60,721 nucleotides of DNA from Clostridiales bacterium UBA1206 (GCA_002310055.1 DBXS01000011.1:1-60721), one strand, 5' to 3'. Positions 10,036 through 18,651 are shown, numbered from the stretch's first letter. Notes: generated by a model not told the origin, from the sequence alone. Numbers and translations: made by a program.

Positions 10036-11322
10036 TCATGCCGCCGCTTTGGCGGCATTTTTTATTTGTTTGAGTTCTTCTCCGGATAATACGTGCTTTT
10101 CTTCAAGAGCAGCCACGAGCGATTCGAAGAGTCGCGAGTTTTCCGTGAGCAGTTTCGCCGTTCTTTTGTCGATCTCGTGCAGCTTGCGTTCGACTGTTTC
10201 GATTATCTCACGGTCGGGAGTTCCGCGAACCGGAGCCACCGTTATGGCCGCGATCCCCTTGTAACCGTATGCTCCTTCCGGCCCCGCGAGATAATATGCC
10301 CTTGACGCCGCCATTCCAAGATCGCTGCCCGAGCCCGTGACGTACTCACCCAGAAAAACCCGTTCCGCAACGTGTCCGGCGAGGATCACCGCGATCTCGT
10401 TTTCCACCTCTGAAACACTCATCACGCAGTTTTCGTCTTCCGAAAACCTTATGTGTCCGTTGCTTTCGCCCTGCGGTATAACGCTTGCTCCGAAAATGCT
10501 TTCCGGCATGAGCATGAGGGCTGCGAGCGCGTGTCCTGCTTCGTGGACTGCTATGCGGTGAAGGGAAGCGGCGTTTTTCAAGGGGTTCTTTTCGTTTCCG
10601 CAGAATTCCAGCTTGTTGATCACCTTGCGGACGTCGTCGCTGTCGATCACAGGCGACTCTTTTTCCATTGCGAGAATGGCGCATTCGTTGGTGAGGCATT
10701 GGAGCTTGGCTCCCGAATAGCCTGAAGTCCCGCTTGCGATCTCGTTAAGATCGAGCGCCTTGCGGATCCGTATCCTGCTGAAGTAGTAATTGAGTATCTT
10801 TGCGCGGGTATCTTTGTCGGGGACGTCAATCGTAAGTACCCGGTCAAGTCTTCCCGGCCGCAGCAGCGATTTGCTTAACGCGTTCAGGTCGTTGCAGGTC
10901 ACTACCGCAAGCACCGCGTCCGTGGGCTTTATCTCTTCCAGCAGATTCAGCAGCGCCTTGTTCACGTCGTCGCAGCTTTCCGAAAGGAATCCGGGCAGCC
11001 TGCCCGAGGATTTGTCAAGCTCGTCCAGAAGCAGCACGCACGGCGCCTTTTTCTTCGCCTGCTCGAACGCCTGCCTGAGCAGCTGACATACGTTGTCGGG
11101 ATCGCAGTAGTCCGAAGCGTGTATCTCGACCAGCTCTATCCCCTTGTGTTTCCGGGAGATCGAACGCGCAAGCTCGGTCTTTCCCACCCCCGGCTCGCCG
11201 CACAGAACGACCCCGCGCGGGATCCGGACGCCTATTCGGTTGAATTCGTCGCACCTCAGCAGCATGTCCGCCAGCGTCGCCAGCTCGCGCTGCTCTTTTT
11301 CGTAGCCGATTATTCTGTTCAT
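10036..11322 (-). CDS. Soluble FtsH-like AAA+ ATPase / M41 zinc protease (copy 1)
   Basis: GEPGVGKT, LLLDELD, LLRPGRLD, HEAGH, GSGSDL; starts directly at the AAA domain with no TM segment; GGAGG RBS. Confidence 0.9.
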   Translation of the reverse strand: MNRIIGYEKEQRELATLADMLLRCDEFNRIGVRIPRGVVLCGEPGVGKTELARSISRKHKGIELVEIHASDYCDPDNVCQLLRQAFEQAKKKAPCVLLLDELDKSSGRLPGFLSESCDDVNKALLNLLEEIKPTDAVLAVVTCNDLNALSKSLLRPGRLDRVLTIDVPDKDTRAKILNYYFSRIRIRKALDLNEIASGTSGYSGAKLQCLTNECAILAMEKESPVIDSDDVRKVINKLEFCGNEKNPLKNAASLHRIAVHEAGHALAALMLMPESIFGASVIPQGESNGHIRFSEDENCVMSVSEVENEIAVILAGHVAERVFLGEYVTGSGSDLGMAASRAYYLAGPEGAYGYKGIAAITVAPVRGTPDREIIETVERKLHEIDKRTAKLLTENSRLFESLVAALEEKHVLSGEELKQIKNAAKAAA

Positions 11323-11374
11323 GTCCTTTCCTCCGTTCTTACGACATATTTCGCACTTTACTGTATATATATTA

Positions 11375-11686
11375 TCACACTTTTTCAAAAAGGAAAGGAC
11401 ACCTTTTGTCCGCTTTTATGTTTTTTATGAAAAAACGCATAAAAAAACCGGAGACGTCTTCACTTTGGGTGAAAACGTCTCCTGCAGGGGTCCCGAAGAA
11501 GCGCACGATCAGCTCGAAGGTATCCATGGAATGAACGCCGTTCGCGAGCCACCGGCGTACGGTGCGCACGTCGACGGAAACGAGTTCGGCGAACTGTTCC
11601 TGAGTAAGCCCGCGCGCCTTGAGCGCCGATCTCAGGTAATCTCCCGCCTGTCGCGAAAAACTGGTTCCGCGGCGAAATTGTGCCAT
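11375..11686 (-). CDS. XRE-family HTH regulator
   Basis: LKARGLTQEQFAELVSVDVRTVRRW; AGGAGG RBS. Confidence 0.88.
   Translation of the reverse strand: MAQFRRGTSFSRQAGDYLRSALKARGLTQEQFAELVSVDVRTVRRWLANGVHSMDTFELIVRFFGTPAGDVFTQSEDVSGFFMRFFIKNIKADKRCPFLFEKV
11397..11411. promoter_or_regulatory. Palindrome GGACA-N5-TGTCC upstream of the FtsH-like copy 1 promoter
   Basis: GGACAcctttTGTCC; 22 nt from a minus-strand TGA-TAATAT extended -10 (11369-11377). Confidence 0.6.
11441..11482 (-). terminator. Intrinsic-terminator-like hairpin inside the XRE ORF
   Basis: Minus strand GGAGACGTTTTCAC-CCAAA-GTGAAGACGTCTCC followed by GG and T7. Confidence 0.6.
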
Positions 11687-11752
11687 AACGTTTACCTCCT
11701 TTTGGCATGATAAATATCCATACTCTCAGGGGAGGAACGTGAACACGTTAAG

Positions 11753-11780
11753 ATTATATCATATTATGGGGAAATGTCAA
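11753..11780 (-). promoter_or_regulatory. SigA promoter of XRE gene
   Basis: TTGACA-16-TATAAT with TG extension; AACGTG-AA-CACGTT palindrome at 11736-11749 just downstream. Confidence 0.7.
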
Positions 11781-11848
11781 GTGAAATAAAAGGAACAAAC
11801 ACTATTCTTAACAAGAACACGAAGTAAAGGAGGCACTCAATTATTATT

Positions 11849-12952
11849 TTATATCAATGTATATAGGATTTCGAAAAAGTGAAAGAGCGAGTTTGTCGAA
11901 AACTCATCTTCTGCTTCGCTGAAGTGTATATTATTTCCACTCTTCAGCCACTCCAACCCTTGTTTATTCCCTTGTGCCGTCATAACCAATGCCGCGGTTA
12001 TCAAATCGCTATATTGATCTTCAGAGAAACAATGATTGCTTATATTATTAGCAATTGTGCCCGATTCGCTCGAGGAATCCATTATTGCTTTACTAAGCGA
12101 AGACAAATTCGTAGCATTATCTTGACTTAATTCTATTTCTTGAGGTTTTTTGCTTCCAAAAACCTTAGTTTTGCAACGACGAGAAATATTATTGCAGATT
12201 ATTCTATCTATTGAGTTGTCATCTGATTCTTGAGCGCACAAATATGTAAGATACTCGATAAACGCGTAAACACTATTATCATATACTTTTGCATATTCCC
12301 AAGCTGATAGAATATATATATCATTAGTGTCAAATTTATACGTGTCGGGTTTGTAACATAATGAATACTTAATTGAGCCGGTTTCTCTATCTGTCTCTCG
12401 CAATCCGTATAATATTCTTGCCGCGTTTTCTAATTTTAATGGGGTTCTCTTTAGTATTTTTTTACTTATATTATCACCGGTCTTATTGTGTTTCTGCACA
12501 TTGTCTACGAAATAAGCTGTACTGATATAATAAAAACCAGTGCCTATATTTCCACCATAGCCCAGTTTTAAACCATATTCTTCATCTTGAGTGCTGCACT
12601 TATCAAATAGGAGATTATAGCGTTTTTTTCCGGTTCTAAGCTCTTCTTCAAACCAAGTCCCTTGCTCATTCAATACATCTGGATGCTTGTTGATTATATC
12701 CTCGGTTTTGCATTTGTAGCATCTATAGAGGTTTGTGCTTTTCTTGTCTTTAAGAATTGCGTGAGTGTTATAACCGTTTATTTCTTCGTCATTGCATGGC
12801 AACAATTTTTTCCAGCAGTCAGGTTCATATTCCTTATTGTTTTCATAGCCTTCCTCTTCACATTTTATATGTCTGCGGATGTGGTCAGTAATACTGTTAT
12901 CATTTTGGCTTTCTTTTTCGTCCCAAAAGATACTCCTAAACATAAACCTCAT
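11849..12952 (-). CDS. Hypothetical protein (AT-rich)
   Basis: 367 aa ORF, AAGGAG RBS inside the upstream gene end; no motif recognised. Confidence 0.75.
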   Translation of the reverse strand: MRFMFRSIFWDEKESQNDNSITDHIRRHIKCEEEGYENNKEYEPDCWKKLLPCNDEEINGYNTHAILKDKKSTNLYRCYKCKTEDIINKHPDVLNEQGTWFEEELRTGKKRYNLLFDKCSTQDEEYGLKLGYGGNIGTGFYYISTAYFVDNVQKHNKTGDNISKKILKRTPLKLENAARILYGLRETDRETGSIKYSLCYKPDTYKFDTNDIYILSAWEYAKVYDNSVYAFIEYLTYLCAQESDDNSIDRIICNNISRRCKTKVFGSKKPQEIELSQDNATNLSSLSKAIMDSSSESGTIANNISNHCFSEDQYSDLITAALVMTAQGNKQGLEWLKSGNNIHFSEAEDEFSTNSLFHFFEILYTLI

Positions 12953-12957
12953 GATTT

Positions 12958-13959
12958 TTACTCCTTTTTGCCATTATATAACAACTTGATTGTTGTCGCT
13001 CTCACTTTATTATTCATATAATCGCTGAATAATATCGGATCATGATACTCTTCCGGCTGATGTATAGTTTTGTTGCTTATATCAGCATCTTTCAAGCCGC
13101 CAAAGTAATAAGATGCGAACCAATTGGCTTGTTGCTCCTCTGTCTTTCTTTCATCAGGATTTGTATATGAAAAGCAAAGATGTCCAAACTCATGCCAACA
13201 AACAAGTGATTTGATGTTATACTCATATAGATTCAATCTGTCACAGAAGTAATGAATATTATCGTAACATATAAATATGATGTTTGCATCTTCTTCTGTC
13301 ATCATACCCATAGTTACGTATTTCCTGATTACACCAAGATCATCTGCGCCTTTTGCACGTTTTACATAGCATCCCAATAGTTCTATCGCTTCTGGCTGAT
13401 AATTGTTGTCGGACTGATTCAACTGCTTTAATTCCATGCGAAGGTCATACATCTCGCAAGGATCAAGATCGATTACTTTGTCGATTTCAAAGTATTTTAC
13501 CAGATGGATTAAGTCATAGAATCTGTCGGATTTCATGTCTTCGCCAGAGCCATCGGATCCACTATTATTATCATTTCCGGCTGTATCCCCAACCCAAAAC
13601 GCGTCGCATTTGGTTGGTGCTTTATAATCAAAATCACGCGTGCACAATTCAACGAGTTTAGAAAACGTCGCTTCACTCCAAAATTCCACAAAATCGTGAT
13701 GATAGAGATCCATAACGTCTTTTGGACCTCCGAAGGTGATAGTGATTTCGGCTTTAGATAAATTAACTTCAGATGTGTAATGTACTTTTTTAAGAAACTC
13801 TACGAGCTTCTTCATGAAATCATAATCTTCGATATCTTTACGTGACAATATCAATATTTTCCTATTTAAAGATTCTACATTCTCTTTGTTCGGGTCTTCT
13901 TTCTTAATGAAATCGTGATCTAAAATAAAAAGAAAATGCATTTTTGCCACTCCAATCAT
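12958..13959 (-). CDS. Protein with C-terminal HEXXH zincin (ImmA/IrrE-like) metallopeptidase domain
   Basis: VCWHEFGHLCF followed by EEQQANWFASY (E-x-x-A-N-x-F-A); AT-rich; TTGACT-17-TAAAAT promoter at about 13993-14021. Confidence 0.75.
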   Translation of the reverse strand: MIGVAKMHFLFILDHDFIKKEDPNKENVESLNRKILILSRKDIEDYDFMKKLVEFLKKVHYTSEVNLSKAEITITFGGPKDVMDLYHHDFVEFWSEATFSKLVELCTRDFDYKAPTKCDAFWVGDTAGNDNNSGSDGSGEDMKSDRFYDLIHLVKYFEIDKVIDLDPCEMYDLRMELKQLNQSDNNYQPEAIELLGCYVKRAKGADDLGVIRKYVTMGMMTEEDANIIFICYDNIHYFCDRLNLYEYNIKSLVCWHEFGHLCFSYTNPDERKTEEQQANWFASYYFGGLKDADISNKTIHQPEEYHDPILFSDYMNNKVRATTIKLLYNGKKE

Positions 13960-14032
13960 AATAAGATAAATAAGATTTATATTTCATATTCAATTTTAGC
14001 ATCTTAGAAATAGAAAGTCAAGTCTTTTCACA

Positions 14033-14281
14033 TCACCCGTCAAAGTCGTCGTAATCGTCGTCGTCCATATATTCACGGTCGGAGCAGTTATCGGGGCCGT
14101 CCCGGCCGTATATATCGAATCCCCTTTTTTCGTTTCCTCCGGTTTCGGCGCGGGGGAAATCGAAAACCAATCGGGGAAAAGAAGGCCTTTCGCTTCCGGA
14201 TTCTTGCCGTTATCTTCGCCGCAGTACGGGCAGATGCGCGAGATTATCCGTAGAAAACAGTCCGCAGCCCTTGCATGTCAT
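14033..14281 (-). pseudogene. Disrupted small zinc-ribbon protein with acidic tail
   Basis: MTCKGCG in one frame, CPYCG in the +1 frame, GFDIYG...DDDDYDDFDG* back in the first frame; RBS and TGG-TACAAT promoter upstream. Confidence 0.55.
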
Positions 14282-14314
14282 CAAAAACACCGCCTTTCTC
14301 CCTGTTTTGGCGCT

Positions 14315-14387
14315 ATTGTACCACAGCAAATAAACAATTAAAAGGACATATTGTGTCCTTGCCTTTTTATGTGACCTATGCTATAAT
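14315..14387. promoter_or_regulatory. Symmetric bidirectional promoter centred on GGACA-N5-TGTCC
   Basis: Palindrome 14344-14358 lies exactly 23 nt from TACAAT (minus, 14315-14320) and from TATAAT (plus, 14382-14387); both have a TG extension. Confidence 0.75.
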
Positions 14388-14429
14388 CACTACTGTAAAT
14401 CCCCGTCCGGCGAAAGGAGCGACGTCAAT

Positions 14430-15017
14430 ATGCCAAGAAAATTCGATTACAGAAAAGCCGAAGACGATCTTTACAATTCCGGCTGCCGCTATTCCGAAGA
14501 AATATACGCTTACCGTTCCGAAGAGAGCATCGACAAGTTTCTGAAAGAAAACGGCCTGGACCCCGAAAAGTACTACGAAAAGCCCGCCGGCGCTTCGCCG
14601 GACAAGCCCGCCGTTCCTCACGGCCCGGACAGCGGATGCTATCTGACAACGGCTTGCATAACCGCAAAAGGGCTGCCGGACGATTGCGAGGAGCTGACGG
14701 TGCTCAGGGAATATCGCGACACATATCTCATAAAAAGGGAAGGCGGCGCCAAAGATATCGCTCGCTATTATAAGACGGCGCCGGAGATCGTAAAAAGCAT
14801 CGACGCGCTTCCTTGCTCCGAACAGATCTGGCTGGATCTGTACGAAACCCTTGTCCGCCCCTGCGTGGAACGTATCAAACAGGGAAAAACGGAAGAAGTT
14901 TACGAGAAATACAAAAGTATCACGCTGGAACTCGAGCAAAAGTATTTGCGCGCCGGCGCAGACGCAAGCAAACCGCCGGTAAACGGCTGTACTCCGCTCC
15001 AAGCGATAAAAGCATAG
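14430..15017 (+). CDS. CFI-box-CTERM domain protein
   Basis: GCYLTTAC...DDCEELTVLREYRDTYL...YYKTAPEIV; AAGGAG RBS. Confidence 0.85.
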   Translation: MPRKFDYRKAEDDLYNSGCRYSEEIYAYRSEESIDKFLKENGLDPEKYYEKPAGASPDKPAVPHGPDSGCYLTTACITAKGLPDDCEELTVLREYRDTYLIKREGGAKDIARYYKTAPEIVKSIDALPCSEQIWLDLYETLVRPCVERIKQGKTEEVYEKYKSITLELEQKYLRAGADASKPPVNGCTPLQAIKA

Positions 15018-15027
15018 TCACATACAC

Positions 15028-15056
15028 AAAAAGCAGGGAAATCACCCCTGCTTTTT
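15028..15056. terminator. Bidirectional terminator
   Basis: AAAAAGCAGGG-aaatcac-CCCTGCTTTTT between convergent genes. Confidence 0.8.
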
Positions 15057-15104
15057 GTATCGAGCGTATTTGTCCGCGCAAGCTCTGATTTGCTGCCGAC
15101 GTCT

Positions 15105-15359
15105 TTATCTCTTTCTGCTTTCCTGTTCCAGGGCGCGGCGGTAGTCGCGGTCGAGCGAGTCGATCTTGCGCTGAATATCGCGTATCTTCTTTTCGCCGTC
15201 CGCTATGCGGCGCTTATATGGCTCCATCGAGCGCTGGATGGTCTGGATCTGCCGTTCGTAGTTGGCGACGCTGCGTCTGTCGCCGTCGAGTTGGCGGTTC
15301 GTCTGTTCAATGCTTTTCTTGAGATCGTCGATCTGTCTTCCGATGCTTTTGCTGTCCAT
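15105..15359 (-). CDS. Small basic coiled-coil protein
   Basis: 84 aa heptad-patterned sequence; AAGGAG RBS. Confidence 0.75.
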   Translation of the reverse strand: MDSKSIGRQIDDLKKSIEQTNRQLDGDRRSVANYERQIQTIQRSMEPYKRRIADGEKKIRDIQRKIDSLDRDYRRALEQESRKR

Positions 15360-15420
15360 GATAAATCTCCTTAAATATTATTTGCAAGATCTCTTGCAAT
15401 CACAGGATATCATTTTGGCA

Positions 15421-15436
15421 ATACCATTTTTGGGAC
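15421..15436 (-). promoter_or_regulatory. GTACC-N6-GGTAC-like site, copy A
   Basis: Minus strand GTCCC-aaaaat-GGTAT, 11 nt before TATCCT (15404-15409) with TG extension. Confidence 0.5.
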
Positions 15437-15615
15437 GAATCGAAGGCATTTATTTCTTATTATTTGAAAACGGTTGTATTAAGTGAATACTTACTTTTCC
15501 TCACATTGAAATGTTTATTAACGTCGTATATTTACTTATACCACATCTCCCTGACCGTGTCAACCTGAACAGTTGGCACGGATTTTCTTGTCGTGCATCC
15601 GTCCTCGAAAGCGGC

Positions 15616-15631
15616 GTACCGTTTCTGGTGC
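15616..15631 (+). promoter_or_regulatory. GTACC-N6-GGTAC-like site, copy B
   Basis: GTACC-gtttct-GGTGC, 11 nt before TATTAT (15643-15648). Confidence 0.55.
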
Positions 15632-15704
15632 TATAAAGATCGTATTATAGTATCAGACGAACAAAGAGGACAACAAAACATCGCCTTTTACGGGAGGAAG
15701 TATC

Positions 15705-17009
15705 ATGGCAACATTCGAAGACGTGATCGGTTACGATCATCAAAAGCAGGAGCTGAAGACGATTTGCGACATTCTGAAAGACCCAGTAAAATACAAAGCG
15801 GTCGGAGTGCGTTCGCCGCACGCGCTTATGATCTACGGCGCGCCGGGGCTCGGCAAGACGCTTATGGCGAAAGCGCTGATCGAAGAAAGCGGCAGAAAAT
15901 GCTTCTGCTGCAAGAAAAGCAGGTCGGACGAGGATTTCAACCAGGAGATCAGGGACACTTTCCAGCACGCTTCGGCGCAAGCCCCGTCGATCGTTTTCCT
16001 CGACGACATGGACAAGTTCGCCGAAGACAATCTGCGGTCCGATAACAACAAGGAAGAGTTCGCCACTATCCAGTCGTGCATGGAAGACGTGCGCGATATC
16101 GACGTCTTCGTCCTGGCGACCGCCAACGATATCGAAAACATCCCGGATTCGCTTATGCGCCCCGGACGGTTCGGCAGAAAGATGTTCGTCGGCGTACCGT
16201 CGGACGAAGACTTTTTGAAGATATCTGAGCATTTTCTTGAAAAAGTCAAAACTGCCGGCGGCATTTCGCCCGAATTCGTCACGCGGCTGCTCGCCGGACG
16301 TTCGCCCGCCGTGCTTGAAGAAGCGGTGAACGAGGCGGGGATAAGCGCCGGTTTCAGAGGCGACGGCATCATCACTAAGAACGATATCACGGAAGCGATC
16401 CTGAACGTCGTCTATAATATGCGCGAGCAGTATTATTCCGAAGGATCCAAGACGGATCCTGAGCAGCGCAGATTGGTGGCGTATCACGAAGCCGGTCACG
16501 CGGTTGTTGCGCTTGAAGAAAACAGGCCGATTTCGATAATCTCGATCATCGGCTCCGGCGACAAAGGCGGCGTGTGCATGACTCCCGGCAGCGAACGGTA
16601 CAAACTGTATAAAGAAGACGTCGAAAGCACCGTCAGGATCCTTTTGGGCGGCAGGGCGTCGGTCGAAACGCTCCTCGGCAGAAAAGAGCAAGGGGTTATC
16701 GCCGACTTCGATTCCGCAGCCGAGCTGCTTAGAGTCTGCTGCGAAAAAGCAGTGATGTACGGATTCGGGTACGGATATGACTTGGGCGACTGGGACAGGA
16801 GAGGTTCCGCTAAAAGAAAAGATACGGTAGGCGATAAGATATATTATCTTATGGAAGAATACTATCATTCCGCCTGCCGCATCGTGGAAAAAAACAAAGC
16901 GTTTGTAAAAGCGATAGCCGACGAGCTGATCGAAAAGTCGTATCTGACCTTTGAAGACGTCGACCGTATACGCGCCGGACTTTCAACAGATATTGACAAA
17001 ATTGCGTAA
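15705..17009 (+). CDS. Soluble FtsH-like AAA+ ATPase / M41 zinc protease (copy 2)
   Basis: TFEDVIG start, GAPGLGKT, VFLDDMD, LMRPGRFG, HEAGH, LLGGRA; no TM; GGGAGG RBS. Confidence 0.9.
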   Translation: MATFEDVIGYDHQKQELKTICDILKDPVKYKAVGVRSPHALMIYGAPGLGKTLMAKALIEESGRKCFCCKKSRSDEDFNQEIRDTFQHASAQAPSIVFLDDMDKFAEDNLRSDNNKEEFATIQSCMEDVRDIDVFVLATANDIENIPDSLMRPGRFGRKMFVGVPSDEDFLKISEHFLEKVKTAGGISPEFVTRLLAGRSPAVLEEAVNEAGISAGFRGDGIITKNDITEAILNVVYNMREQYYSEGSKTDPEQRRLVAYHEAGHAVVALEENRPISIISIIGSGDKGGVCMTPGSERYKLYKEDVESTVRILLGGRASVETLLGRKEQGVIADFDSAAELLRVCCEKAVMYGFGYGYDLGDWDRRGSAKRKDTVGDKIYYLMEEYYHSACRIVEKNKAFVKAIADELIEKSYLTFEDVDRIRAGLSTDIDKIA

Positions 17010-17081
17010 GAGTAATTGCATAATAAATACATTACAAACCAAAAAACATGCGTATCGTCATCGGTACGCATGTTTGCATAT

Positions 17082-17762
17082 TCACACATAAAACTCTTGC
17101 AGATCGTCAAGGCGCAGACATCCGAGTGAACCGCCGAAGACGGCGCCGCAGTCTATGGCGATATGTCTGTTGCCTTTCCAGATCCGCCCGTGATACGCCG
17201 GATCTATCAGCCCGGTGGGCGTGTGTCCCGTGATTATCGTCGTGCCGGGCAGGTACTCTATTTCGTAATCCGGCTCGCCTTGGATGAAATCCTCGGCAGG
17301 GCGGTCTTTAAGCGGTATATCGGGATCGTATTCCGGCACCGTGTGCGCCATAAGAAACTTGTTCCCGTTGACGGTCAGCTCTTTGATAAAGCTCATTTGG
17401 TTCACGAAATCCAGCACTGATCGCTGCGTTTCCGCATCCTGTGCCATAAACGACTTGTACGTCGTCTCGCCGCCATCGGAAAACCACATTTTGAAAATCT
17501 CAAGCGTCTGTTCCTTGCCTATCCGTTCAATGATCCGACGGCGGTTGCCGAGCAGGGAAGCCATCGTCCAGTCGTGATTTCCTATAAGGCAGATCACGTT
17601 CGGGCGCTTCATCACGTCCAGCAGCAGCTTTATTCCTTCCTTGCCTCTGTCAACGAGATCGCCTAAGATATACAACGTGTCGGAATCCGAAAATCCGATA
17701 GTTTCGAGCATTTTCTGAAAATTTCCGTACATCCCGTGTATATCGCTCATCACGTAAGTCAT
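17082..17762 (-). CDS. PPP-family metallophosphoesterase (Ser/Thr protein phosphatase-like)
   Basis: SDIHG, GDLVDRG, GNHD, GHTP, IDCGA. Confidence 0.92.
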   Translation of the reverse strand: MTYVMSDIHGMYGNFQKMLETIGFSDSDTLYILGDLVDRGKEGIKLLLDVMKRPNVICLIGNHDWTMASLLGNRRRIIERIGKEQTLEIFKMWFSDGGETTYKSFMAQDAETQRSVLDFVNQMSFIKELTVNGNKFLMAHTVPEYDPDIPLKDRPAEDFIQGEPDYEIEYLPGTTIITGHTPTGLIDPAYHGRIWKGNRHIAIDCGAVFGGSLGCLRLDDLQEFYV

Positions 17763-18436
17763 TTTCCGTTTTCTTCCTTCAGGCCGTTTTGCGCGGCGCT
17801 TTCGTCGAATCGCTTCAGCTCGCCGATCCGGGAAATAAGTTCTTCCGCGCTCCCGCGGTCAAGACGTATGTAAACGGGATCCTCTCTTTCGGGATAAACA
17901 AAAACGTAATGTATCCCATCGTGTTTAATATGCTTCACGCGCTCTATCGAGTCGAGAGGCAACTTTACGAAACGTATATAATCATGAGCATTATGAATAC
18001 CGGAATATGAGATCACATCGTTTGCGCTTAGTATAAGGTGCTTAGACTTATAAACAGCGTCCTGCCACGAAAACATCCCGCTGTATCTCTCGTAAAATTC
18101 AATAAACGCGTTTGCTTCATGCTCGTATTCGTCGCTTTTGGGACAGATCTGTTCTTCTTCCCCGTAGGGTTCGTTTTCATCAAATTCAGGGTAGTCCTCG
18201 CCATAAAAATCAATGTATCCGAAACCGTCGTCAAGCCCGAAATATTCATAATCGTATACTTTTCTGAACATGAAATCATCATAAAGCATGCACAACGGGC
18301 TTTCAAGATCGGCAGGGATCTCATCAAGCGATAATTCGCCGTCACTTCTCCGACAATACAAAATATGAAAAACGTCGCTGCGCTGTTCATCCGTTTCCGC
18401 CTTGCGGAATTCTTCAAATAACTCCTGATTTGTCAC
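17759..18436 (-). CDS. Hypothetical acidic protein
   Basis: 225 aa, GAGGTG RBS, ATGA overlap with the phosphatase gene. Confidence 0.75.
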   Translation of the reverse strand: MTNQELFEEFRKAETDEQRSDVFHILYCRRSDGELSLDEIPADLESPLCMLYDDFMFRKVYDYEYFGLDDGFGYIDFYGEDYPEFDENEPYGEEEQICPKSDEYEHEANAFIEFYERYSGMFSWQDAVYKSKHLILSANDVISYSGIHNAHDYIRFVKLPLDSIERVKHIKHDGIHYVFVYPEREDPVYIRLDRGSAEELISRIGELKRFDESAAQNGLKEENGK

Positions 18437-18469
18437 TATATCACCTCATTTCACTTTTGCAACGCGCCA

Positions 18470-18586
18470 TCAGGTTATCCGGCTGCCCGTGTACTGCAGC
18501 TGCACAATCGCCTTGGCTTCCATCTGCGTTCTTGCGTAAACCTCTGCGTAAGATCTCACGGTGATTTCGCACCTGTATTGGTTCAT
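18470..18586 (-). CDS. Unannotated small protein (38 aa; frame continues to 18446 past the TGA)
   Basis: GGAGG RBS then MNQYRCEITVRSYAEVYARTQMEAKAIVQLQYTGSRIT*; directly downstream of the TGC-TATAAT promoter. Confidence 0.6.
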   Translation of the reverse strand: MNQYRCEITVRSYAEVYARTQMEAKAIVQLQYTGSRIT

Positions 18587-18651
18587 ATATTGCCTCCATG
18601 CGTTTTACGGCTGCCGCCTCTTATCTTTGTGCGTATTATAGCACAACATGC

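Noticed and set aside
14115-14135. Programmed -1 frameshift at the A6G4 run of the zinc-ribbon gene
   Set aside because: The A-AAA-AAG heptamer is not in the required phase, and an earlier +1 shift would also be needed
2702-17762. Kinase (2702) and PPP phosphatase (17082) as a cognate toxin-antitoxin pair
   Set aside because: 13 kb apart, in different operons with different base composition; no sequence evidence links them
18446-18472. Selenocysteine or programmed read-through at the internal TGA
   Set aside because: No SECIS-like hairpin after the TGA and no redox motif context; other genes here use TGA as a normal stop
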